DNA of 62,135 bases, the filler included, from Basidiobolus ranarum (taxonomy: Eukaryota), in assembly GCA_040143965.1 (NCBI GenBank). It is 17 parts of 17 records of this genome, joined end to end, with 100 filler letters (N's around TTAATTAATTAA, not from the genome) between each part and the next. Parts side by side here need not be neighbours in the genome. Positions count along the whole stretch, not along the records: positions 51,280 to 54,832 come from JASJQH010002420.1; positions 54,933 to 58,484 come from JASJQH010002421.1; positions 58,585 to 62,135 come from JASJQH010002422.1; 14 more parts are not named here. One strand, given 5' to 3'. A program made the translations under genes and the position numbers. Below are positions 51,280 through 62,135 of this stretch, piece after piece. Under the pieces are notes generated by a model. The model was not told where the DNA came from and searched no databases. It saw nothing but the letters and a program-made list of their open reading frames with translations. Within the stretch, counting starts at the first letter, position 1; each line of letters opens with the position of its first letter.

Positions 51280-51480
51280 GTCCCAGGAACATGTGTGCAA
51301 AGTTTGGGGCTTCTAGCACAAGTTTGAAAAATCTATATATCTGAGAACTTCTAAGTTGGTAAAAATATTCTAAGTAAATTCCGATTGAGAATAATTGATA
51401 ATATCTTAGTGAATTATAAGATAACTAAGTACTAAGCTATATATGACTATATAGGTGTTTAGGCAATGCTAATTTCAACA
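51280..51480 (-). mobile_element. LTR family C, inverted relative to the copia it interrupts
   Basis: Ends GGCAATGCTAATTTCAACA. Reverse complement of 40012-40212. Confidence 0.92.
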
Positions 51481-53562
51481 GTTACAACAGAAGAGCACTT
51501 GTTTATATCTGCTCTATATATGACTACCAACCAGGTTTCTCAGATGTGATATATTGATTCTGGAGCTTCCCAACATTTCACAAATGAAAAACATTGGTTT
51601 GTGGATTATGAAGAAATCCCAATTAGAAAGGGTTTCATGGGAGATGACCACACATTAGATGCTATTGGAATGGGAACAATTCAAGTCAATTCAACTGGAG
51701 CTTCTGAAGAGAAAGTATCTACTTTTAAGGATGTACTACATGTACCAGATATTTTGCCTAATGAAGTGCCCAATACAATGCCAGAAGTTGTAGTACCTTT
51801 ATCCCAAACCAGGAGATCAAATTCAATCACAAATAGCCCTGATTACTATATCAATGAGTCCCAAAATTATGCCTATCCCTGCACAGCTCAAATACATGAA
51901 ACCCAGACTGTAAAAGAGGCCCTGAATGGCCCTCACACAGAATTTTGGAGATTTGCAATAGCTGATGAGTACCAGGCTTTGATTGATAATCAAACTTAAA
52001 GGTACAAGGCTAGACTAGTGCCAAAGGTTTTTTCCAAACACCAGGAATAGATTATACAGAAACATTTGCTCCTGTAGCAAAGTTTAATTCAATTAGATTT
52101 ATTTCAGCAATATCAGCTAAATATCAGTTTATTATACATCAAATGGATGTTAAAACTGCCTTTTTGAATGGTGAACTTGCTGAGGAGATCTATGTGGACC
52201 AGCCAGATGGATTTGTGGACCCAGAAAACCCAAAAAAAGTTTGCAGACTCTGGAAAACACTCTAGAGCTTAATACAATCACCAAAAGCTTGGAATAGCTA
52301 GATAGATGCTTTTTTGGAAACACTCAAATTATAAAAGAGTAATGCTGACTATAGTATATACTTCAGGCCAGATAAAATAAACCAAGTTTTATTAGCCTTA
52401 TTTGTAGATGACATTATTGAAGCAACTCATGACTTGAAAGCTTTGGAGAAAATCAAATCCAGCTTATCTGCCAAATTCAAAATGACTAATCTTGATGACC
52501 TGACATACTATCTTTGCATCCAAGTTGAGATAGATAGAACTACCAAAACAACTACTTTAAACCAGTCTAAGTATATGCTACATATACTAAAGAAGTTTAA
52601 AATAGACAAATGTAATCCAGTATCTATCCCTATGGAGACAAATCTTAACTTGACCAAAAATGGCTCAAATCAGATGTTTTTAGATTCAAATGAAAGCCAG
52701 AAATTTCCTGATCAATCTATGGTTATTAGTTTGATGTATATCATGCTTGGAACATGGCCAGAGATTGCATTTTCTGTGGGAGTTATGTGCCAATATCTTC
52801 AAAACTATGGATCCAACCAAATCATAGCAGTTAAGTAGATTTTCAGATATTTGAAAGATACTGTGAATCTATGTTTGAAATACACATGTTCCAGATCAAG
52901 CTTTGATCTGATGCAATATTCAGATGCAAATTGGGGAAGAGATGTTGAAGACAGGAGATCTACAACAAAATACTTATATCCTTGCTATAATGGAGCTATT
53001 TCTTGGAATTCAAAGAAAAAACCTACCATAGCACATTCAACAACAGAAGCCAAATATATGGCTGCCTGTGAAGCAACAAAAGAAGCAATATGGTTAAGAA
53101 AACTCTTAAGAGATTTAGGTTATTCTCCAAATTCACCAACTACCATATTTCAGGATAATCAAAGTTGCATCAAATTAGCTAAAAGTCCCACATTTCATAA
53201 TAGAAGCAATCATATAGATATTAGGCATCACTTCATTAGAGAGACTATAGAGAATACATTTATTGACTTAACTTATTGTTCTACAGAAGATATGATTGCT
53301 GATATATTAACCAAACCATTAGCTAGACAGAAATTTGAGAAAATTAGACCTTTATTTGGATTAATTTATATGACTATTTAGTTGAGGGAGAGTGTTGAAA
53401 TTACATTTGTCTAAAACACCTATACAGTCATATATAGCTTAGTACTTTATTATCCTCAAGTTCACCAAGATATTATCTGTTATTCTCAATTGGAATTTAC
53501 TAGGAATAATTTTACCAACTTAGAAGTTCTCAGATATATAGATTTTTCAAACTTGTGCTAGA
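51481..53562 (+). mobile_element. Degenerate copia (protease, integrase deleted, RT, RNase H, PPT, partial 3' LTR of family C)
   Basis: [73 protein letters not shown] (53382-53392) precedes TGTTGAAATT at 53393. Confidence 0.95.
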
Positions 53563-54289
53563 TGGAAATTGTGTGTTTCTTCTAATACCTACAACATGTC
53601 TATGAATCTTGCTACTTTAACTGGCTTGAAATTGTCGCAAAGCTTTCTTTTCAACCCACACATTCTCCACCTCTTCATTAGCAGATACACCACATCCTAC
53701 AGCTCAAACACTACCCCTATATTGTGGGGAAAATCTCACTCTGCGTACCTCAGTATATTGGATTTACTACCCTTATTGATGTGCACCAACCTACTTAATA
53801 CAACTCTATTCATTACTCAAGTGGCACTAAGTTGATCATTGTGGCATATATTTAGTGCGTGCATTGATGGTTTTGGAATTAACAAAATAGAACTTGACAT
53901 GAGAGTCATTCACGTAGATGCAATATTGTGGTATAGAAATATATACAAGTATGACACAACAGATTCTCTGGAATATAACGAGTTTCTTGGTATCATGTCT
54001 ATCTTAAGCAAGAACATTTTACGCCATTCATTAAAAGCGCCTCTATAAATTCCAAATTTTCTTAATACAAATCAACACTGAGGTAGATATATGCACTCTC
54101 ACTGACTATGTGAGAACAAGCCTAATAATTGTACTTGGTGCAATCTCCAGAAGTATACATGTGCCATTTCTAATTAGTAAGAGAACATTTCTCATTCCTC
54201 ACTAATTCTGACTTGACATTTTCTTAGCAATCCCAGTTCTAATTAATCATCATTGGGCACCAACCTACAACTGTTGCATAGCTTGTGCT

Positions 54290-54557
54290 ATCTCTATTCA
54301 ACTTGCATATATTGGGAAAATATGGGCTGTTTGGAAAAACTTGAGAAAAATGAAGTTGTGATTAATTTGTGAGAAAACTGTCAATTGATCAATTTTGATG
54401 AGCATAAAACATCATGTATGAAAATGCTAATTCTCATACAATTCACCTATATGTGATATATATATTCTGATCACCAGTTTAGAAATATGTGACCAAATAA
54501 TGTTAGCTAATTTATATGTCATAAATAAGTAGCTAAATATATAGAGATAGAGTTAAG
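54290..54557. mobile_element. Diverged LTR family B remnant
   Basis: GGAAAATATGGGCTGTTTGGA...GAAAAATGAAGTTGTG resembles the reverse complement of 60225-60280. Confidence 0.6.
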
Positions 54558-54832
54558 TGTTGAAATTAGCATTGCCTAAACACTTATATGGTCATATATA
54601 GCTTAGTATTTACTTATCCTATATTTACTTGGGTATTACCCATTATTCTCTATTGGCATATATTTGGAATATTTTAATAACTTAGAAGTTCTCAGATATA
54701 TGGATTTTTTAAATTTATGCTAGAAGCCCCAAACTTTGCACACATGTTCCTGGGACCTTCCTTAACACATTCTACATGTTAGTTTGTTTATATCTTGACA
54801 AAACTATAAATGTCAACTTTCTACTCAATAAA
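54558..54832 (+). mobile_element. LTR family C, truncated by contig end
   Basis: Begins TGTTGAAATTAGCATTGCC. Confidence 0.92.
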
Positions 54833-57800
54833 NNNNNNNNNNNNNNNNNNNNNNNNNNNNNNNNNNNNNNNNNNNNTTAATTAATTAANNNNNNNNNNNN
54901 NNNNNNNNNNNNNNNNNNNNNNNNNNNNNNNNTATTATATAGGTTTTTGATGGCTTCTAGTTCTAGAGAAACAATGGCGGTGTAATGGTTCGTCACATTT
55001 TGATTTTACTTCTGATAGAGGTGATTGGCCCTGATTCAAACTCGGTTCTCATGATATTCAAGCGAATGTTATCTTGCAGTAAAAAAATCCAGTAACATAT
55101 TTCTTGGTATTTTACATCGAATAGAATAAGAAAGAATTTAGAACACCATTCCAATTCGAGACATCATTAATTACTATATATAGATGCATATGCTTCATGA
55201 ATAACTAGAGTCCATAGGTTAGGATAGGCTGGTACACAAACTTCATCGAAGAATAGAATATCCAAGATTTGCCTTACTTTAAGTATCAGGTTGGCGTCAA
55301 TGACTTTCGGGATGTACATGTACATGTGCATGTGGATGTGGATGTGATATGAATACCCATGAAAGTCTAATAAACTCGCTCGAGTCTCTCTATTTGACTA
55401 CTGCCTATATTTGACACCGAGTCTGGAATGGGTCCATATGTTTCTTTATTATACCTATTAAATACGTAAGTTACATGTATATTCCATGATTCTCTGTGAT
55501 GTAATGGCCGATCCATGTCTCACTAAATAACAGTGCTTGAACAATAATAGCATCATAAATGATGTAATTAAGGCCATCATTGGCTCACTTTGACTTGATC
55601 TACGAATATTGGTTATATTATATGATTCTATGAGTAATTGAAGGACAAGTTCACGTCATAAATCAGTTATCATGCTTGGCATTATTGCACTTCCGTCCAA
55701 TCGATATATAACATATGTTTCACCTTAATTTTGAACCGAGTGCTCGTTTTCAAGCTTTCCTCCAATGAATTTGGCGTTCATGGATGGAATCCTTAGCATT
55801 ATCTCGTAACTTTTTGATTGAAGTATATCAACATTGGATTAGTTAGTGTATCGTGGGGTACATAGGGTTTGGGGTGATTTTGTTCCACTGGCTAGAGTAT
55901 TTACATATATGGAAGGTGAGACAATCGGTGCTTCATTTAATTCGTCTCGATTGGTGATCTAGGGTTACCTCAACTGAGAGCAATACTAAGCCATAATTAT
56001 ACTAGTATACAAGTATTCTTCCGCATAGTATTACTGAACCTGCAGAGATGATTTTGATTACCTAAATAGATAGACTTCATTTGAAACTATTCTCTCATGC
56101 TTACGACAAGTAGCTACATTCGACCAACAGACATCCAATAACTTACGAACCAAGATACTGTATTTTATGTATAAACAATGGCATTTTACAAGTGAGAAAA
56201 GTTTAGATTACAATGTTTTTATCATAATACAATACTCACTTGTGCTATTCCCTTACTTTTGTCGAAGAATCAAATCATCGCCTTTCGAAGATAACAGGCG
56301 TGGTTATTGGTGTTCTGAGCAGAGAAGAGTACTCATGGTGTAGAAGATGAGGTTGACCCTGTCCAATGCCGATCCCCAAATTTATCCGCAAATCACGAAC
56401 GATTATGGTAATGGAACAGTATCCTTGTTACTCAGGATTTTCCACCTTCCAAAATGAGTTTCAATAGCTTTGCTCCACAAACAGAAGTCGTTTCTATTTT
56501 GCGTCTCATTAATTACTTGCTAGGAGGTAAAAAATCACATGAGAATTGGATTTCTTTTCCCCCTCGCTCTTCAATAAAGTAACCTTGATCAGTTCTCCGA
56601 TCACATTTTATTAGTAGTGTATCTAAATCCAAACACCAGTTATTAACATAGATTGATCGAATGTCAACTTATTGTCAACAACTTGATTCAGAGGAACGTC
56701 AGCTGTGGAGGGTAGGGGTAACTATGTGAATACTTTGTAGAGCAATGCTTAGTTTTTGGATATCTGAAAATATATCGAGTCCTTAGGGAGGTATCGGGAT
56801 AATCTCCAGAAAGCTTTCATATTCCTGTAATAAGTATTCACTTTTAAAGTCTTGATACTCCGGTAAAAGGGAAAACATTTATCTTTAAAGTCTTGATACA
56901 AAGCAAGATATTCGCAATTTTCTCATTATCATATGTTCTTATACGGACCTGGAGCAATGCATCTTATATGTCAAGAGGTGGGATAAACAGTTCTGGTTAC
57001 TAATATATCAGTTTTCGAATCTAGACTACATAAGGATTTTAGTGGCTGGGCGATCCTTTAACACTTTTTTGGGAAGATTCTATATCAATCAGCTCGTAGG
57101 ATAAAAATGACGAAAGTGTAGGGTCTTTATTTAGGGACCCTTTTCCAGTAAGAACAGCCGAAGAAATAGCAAATCACTTGGTTTGTAGTTGAACTCAGCC
57201 ACCTACATCTGGTATTGGATGATGGTCGCTTATCATGGAAGAAACGTATATTAGGGTTTCTCTGGCATTGTAGGCTATCTCCAAAAATATGCCCACAGTA
57301 GGTTTCACAAAGACTAGTGGTTTATCAATCGAATCTATTTTAACCATTATATATATCTAATATATACTTGATCCTGGTCTAGACGTATGACTAATGTAAG
57401 TGTGCTGCTATTATGAACATATTCCTTTCTGCAGACTTGTACAAATAGCTAATTGGGATGTAATAGTGGGGTTTCAAATTCCGATCCTTATAATTCATAA
57501 AAACATCCCAAATCACTTATATCATGTGTATGAGATTCTTTGTGGGCAATAATTAAAAACCATAGTGTCCTATATCTGAAGTACTTACAAGTGTTGGCGC
57601 ATGTTTGAGTATGTAAAGATATTCCGCGGTGCTCGGTCACATGATATAACCGAAATAACTTCTTTTTATCATATATATCCAAACTTAGCATTGAAATATT
57701 AGTTATTCACAAAAATAATCTGACTTTTAATTGTTAAACATGGAGCTAATATGAAGTTTATGAAATATACAAAGATGCTGGACCAATAAGTATCGTATTT

Positions 57801-57937
57801 TAATATTTAATGATTGCTACTAAATACTTTGCTCGTCCACTATCTGGATATGTAATTCATGACACACTATATATTTTTTGTTCTACATTATGTGTATACG
57901 TTTTGGTGAATTTCTTCAGGCTCATATTATTGCTACT

Positions 57938-58484
57938 GTTGAAGTATTTTGGAAGTTGTTGGAAGTGATTTGGAGAACTAGAAAGAATTGATGGTTCTCA
58001 CTTTTTGATTTATTGAGTGGAGGGTTGACATTATATATTTATACTTTCGTCAAGGGGTAAATAAAAAAACGTGTATAATGTGTTAAAAAAAGTCTCAGGA
58101 ATTTGTGTGCAAAGTTTGGGGCCTCTAGAAAAAAGTTCAGAAAGTCTATGTTAAGTTAATTTCAGCAGTATTTTGGGAGTTGTTGGAGGTGATTTGGAGA
58201 ATCAGAAGAATTGGTGGTTTTCACATAATGATTTCTTTGAGTGTAAGTTGACATTTATACTTTTGTCAAGAGGTAGGCAAACCAACGTGTAGAATATTTT
58301 CAAGAGGGTCCCAGGAATATGTGTACATAGTTTGGGGTCTCTTGAACAAGTTTAAGAAATTCAAACTTCTAAGTGTTGAAATTAGCATTGCCTAAACACC
58401 TATATAGTCATATATAGCTTAGTACTTAGTTATCTTATATTTCACTATGATATTATCCATTATTCTCATAAGGAATTTACTTAG
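57938..58484. mobile_element. Cluster of LTR family C pieces: two diverged tandem minus-strand partial copies and a younger plus-strand copy starting at 58374
   Basis: Repeated AGTATTTTGG.AGTTGTTGGA.GTGATTTGGAGAA and AGTTTGGGG blocks. TGTTGAAATTAGCATTG at 58374. Confidence 0.85.
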
Positions 58485-59904
58485 NNNNNNNNNNNNNNNN
58501 NNNNNNNNNNNNNNNNNNNNNNNNNNNNTTAATTAATTAANNNNNNNNNNNNNNNNNNNNNNNNNNNNNNNNNNNNNNNNNNNNAGACTTTGGCTACTAG
58601 TGTAGCCTTGTACCTTTCTATGTTGCGATCAGAGCTGAATTTAATTTAAACACCCATTAGCAGCCAATTGCTTTCTACCATCAGGTAAGTTGGTTAAAAA
58701 CCAAATTTTACCAATAATCAAAGCCTGTTCCTCATCAACCATTGCAGATCTCCAAAATTTTTGCAAGGGCCATTCAGGGCCTCTGTTATGGTCTGGGGCA
58801 CATGTAGTTCAGCTATGTATGCATAGACTTAACTTTGGGACTCACTGGTATAATACTCAGGGCTATTTCTGATTGAATTTGATATCCTGTTTTGTGATAC
58901 AGGTAATACAACATCTAGCATTTTACTAGGCACTGCAGTATGAAAAATGTTGGTTGAAGGGTCTACAGGAATTCTACTTTCTTCATTGTTTTGGTTTGAA
59001 TAAATTTGAATGATTGGATCATAAGAAAATTGATTTTTGTCATCATCTAATGTCATTTTGGATGAAAGTTTTTCATTTTCATTAAACAAAATATCCCTGG
59101 ACATGATAAACCTAAAAATCTTGGTATCATAGAGTCTATAAGCTTTAGTTTGAGTACAATCACCCAGAAATATGCATTTTTTACTTTTTGGATGACATTT
59201 AGGCCAATTTTTGGTCATAGATTTGAGATAAGGAATGCATCCAATGATCCTCAAATATTTTACATCAGATTTAACTCCAAACCAAGCTTGATATGGTGTG
59301 GAATTAGACAGACTCCTAGTAAAACTCTCATTCTTCAGATATACTGCTGTAGCAACAGATTCCACCCAATAGTTATGAGATAAATTTTGTGCATTTATCA
59401 TAGATCTTACCATTTGTATTAAAGTTCTGTTAGCCCTTTCAGCAACGCCATTTTGCTGAGGTGGATAGGGGGCAGTAGTTTCTTGCTTGATTCAATGAAC
59501 TTTGCAAAAGTGCATAAATAGTAATGAAGTATATTCTCCACCATCATCACTACATATTTTCTTGATTTTAGTTCTAGTTTCAGTCTCCACAAGTGTTTTA
59601 AGATCTCTAAAGATAGAGAGTGCTTCTTCTTTTCTTTCAATAAAGTAGACCCATGTGTATCTGGTCTAGTCATCAATAAATTTGATTAAATACCTTTTTC
59701 TACCTAAAGATAAATCTTGCATAGGTCCACTCAAATCTGAATGTATTAGATCCAATTTTTTGACAGATTTGATTAAACAACAGCTCTTCAATGCTTACCT
59801 AACTGGTTTCTCATATATACAACCCTCACAAATTTCCACTTTGGTTGGGAGGTTAAATTGAATTCCAGATATTAGGTGATTTTTGATCATTTTACGCAAA
59901 TAAT

Positions 59905-60297
59905 TGTTGCAGTTTATTTTCTTTATCATGCTTATTATCTCTCTACTGATTCACCAAATACTTCATGTATCACCTATTAGTTAGTTAACATTACTTAGTC
60001 AAATATCACTTAACTCAAAATTGGAACATATTTCATATATACATGTGAATAATGCAAGAATTGGCAATTCCATATTGGAAATTTCAAGCACATCCAAATT
60101 GCCCCAAAGATAGCTCTTTTTACTCCCACAGATGTTCTGAGCACAATCCCAATGTTAGTTTTCTGTATTTCCAACAAAATGTATAAATGCTTAATTTCTG
60201 GTTAATAAAGAGTTATCTCACATAGCTGTTCACAACTTTATTTTTCTAAAGTTCCTCCAAACAGCCCAAATTTTCCTAAAAATAATCAAGTCCAACA
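59905..60297. mobile_element. Solo LTR family B (393 bp) nested in the GAG-pre-integrase region
   Basis: TGTTGC...CCAACA termini. It splits WHRRFS from YLRKMIK. No clean TSD. Confidence 0.8.
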
Positions 60298-61571
60298 TAG
60301 CTAAATCTCCTATGCCATGGTAGAATGGTTTCTTGATTGGAATAACTTATATTTACACACAAACCTCTTGGATTGTATGTAAGTTTGTACAAATTCTCAT
60401 CCTTTTCTCCTGAAACTAAATAATTCCCATTTTGATCAGTGATGGTGCATCCTGACTTATCAAAATTGAATTTTAGCCCTTCTGAGAAGGCCTTCCATAC
60501 AGATATTAAATTCTTGGCAGTATCTGGGACATGTAGTACATTCTTAAAAGTGTGCGCTCTCTCTTCAGAAGCTCCAGTTAAAGTAACTTGAATAGTTCCC
60601 TATTCAATGGCATCCAATGTGTGGTCATTTCCCATGAAAACATTTCTAATTGGGATTTGTTCATAATTCACAATCCAATCTTTTCATTTCTGAAATGTGA
60701 GGAAGCTCCAAAATCAATATACCACATCTGATAATCATTGTTGGTAATCATAGATAGAGCAGATATGAACAAATGATCTTCTGTTGTAGCCACATTTCCA
60801 GATTTAGTATGTTTTTCCCCTTTAGCAATTCTTTTAAAGCAATCTTTGCTTAAATGGCCAATTCTTTGACAGTAATCACAGAAAGTGTTGCTTTTCTTCT
60901 TAAAGTGCTTTTGGCCTTTGTAGGAAGGTTTCCCATAGCCTATTAAAGGATTTTCTTGATTCTTTTAGTTGGATACCAATTTGCATAAATCTTCATCAAG
61001 AAGTCTTTCAATAAATATTTTAAGGTCAAGTTTTCAGTTCTTGCTTTTAGAGCCAATACCAGGCTCTGAAACTTATGTGGTGGGCTATTCAGGAATGAAA
61101 CTATGATATCTTGAACAGTGGAAGATTCTCCAATGCATTCCATTTCTTCCACTAAAATAGTGACTCTATCAATTAGTATTTTGATGTCTTCTCTTGACTT
61201 CATCTTTGAGTTAAATAGTTTTCTTCTTGGAAACATCTTGTTGGCAGCAGAACCTGTTTGGTAGGTGTCTTCCAAGGCTTTCCATACCTTCTTGGCAGTT
61301 TTGGCTCTTGAACATTGAATTAGCAATTTGTCTTGAATATTAAGACCAATTGTGTTAAAGTCACTTTGTTCTTTTTTAACCTGGAGTAAAACATTAGTTT
61401 CAGATAGTTTGGCATTGTTTTCTTCTCTTACAACAGTGTCCCAAAGTCCTTGTTCTTGCAGCAGCAATTTCATTTTAATTTCCAAATTTGTTAATTAGTT
61501 CCATCCAAATTTTCACAAGAGGGCAAAGTTCCATAAACTTTAGAAGTAGACATTACAGAGAGTGCAAGCTT

Positions 61572-61584
61572 GGGGCTCATAACC
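61572..61584 (-). promoter_or_regulatory. Primer-binding site complementary to the anticodon arm of initiator tRNA-Met
   Basis: Minus strand reads LTR ...TTAACA then GGTTATGAGCCCC with no gap. Confidence 0.88.
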
Positions 61585-62135
61585 TGTTAAAGTATTTGGG
61601 AGCCTGTTGGAAGTGGCTTGGAGAATTAGAGGAATTGGTGATTTTCCCTTATAGATTTATTGAGTAGAAAGTTGACATTTATAGTTTGGTCAAGATGTAA
61701 ATAAATAAACATGAGGAATGTGTTAAGGAAGGTCCCAGGAACATGTGTGCAAAGTTTGGGGCTTCTAGCACAAGCTTGAAAAATCTATATATCTGAGAAC
61801 TTCTAAGTTTGTAAAATATTTTAAGCAAATTCCTTATGAGAATAATGGATGATATCTTAGTTCAATATAAGATAACTAAGTACTAAGCTATAGGTCACTA
61901 TATAGGGGTTTAGGCAATGCTAATTTCAACAAACTCTACATACTTTAATCTATCTTTTGCCTCCTGTTTTATGCAACTAACTTGCAGCTTGATACTTGCA
62001 AGTGGGGAGGTAGCATAGACTATGCATCCCATTTGATAAAGTTTAGATGTCACTATGGTGATATATATATGTTGACTTGAGTTGCAACTAAAATAAATCT
62101 CATTAATAAAGGCACTCTAATACCACACTTAATGT

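Larger units (their letters stand above)
58585..61931 (-). mobile_element. 5' two-thirds of a degenerate Ty1/copia element: 5' LTR (61585-61931, family C), PBS, gag, protease, integrase, RT start
   Basis: Gag ATG at 61553 (LDGTN*QIW..KMKLLLQEQGLWD), knuckle CDYCQRIGHLSKDC, WYIDFGASSH, WHRRF, HSDLSGP, QNGVAERANRT, KKCIFLG. Confidence 0.96.

Noticed and set aside
54933..57930. 3 kb with normal CpG content and patchy coding-like stretches (56270-56830, minus)
   Set aside because: I could not assemble a consistent exon chain or recognise a motif or RNA structure.

Overview
This is not one locus. It is 17 short contigs (3571 down to 3551 bp, sorted by length) joined by artificial 100-bp spacers (N44-TTAATTAATTAA-N44), so adjacency across spacers means nothing. 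The DNA is eukaryotic and AT-rich with short GT-AG introns, and the gene content fits an early-diverging fungus (Zoopagomycota/Mucoromycota-like; Basidiobolus is a guess, not shown). About half the contigs are decayed, nested transposons: Ty1/copia elements with at least four LTR families, plus CACTA/Tnp2-like remnants, all strongly CpG-depleted. The rest carry host genes: SHQ1, RPS23 (3' end), a GCK-III/STE20 kinase, an ANKRD40-like gene, a pepsin-family protease, OLE1, an INPP5E-like phosphatase, proteasome beta-2 (PUP1), and several secreted or bacterial-type proteins (CHAP amidase, HEXXH-type M49 peptidase, SCP/CAP domain, a four-module Cys-repeat protein). The best leads are: a 282-bp LTR-like element containing a complete tRNA-like Pol III cassette; repeat-restricted CpG erosion; a half-tRNA (Hemivirus-type) primer site; a convergent pair of intronless bacterial-type hydrolases; an orphan secreted Cys-module protein; and a synonymously conserved triple C-terminal motif in SHQ1. 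All calls were made by eye from motifs, with no database search.
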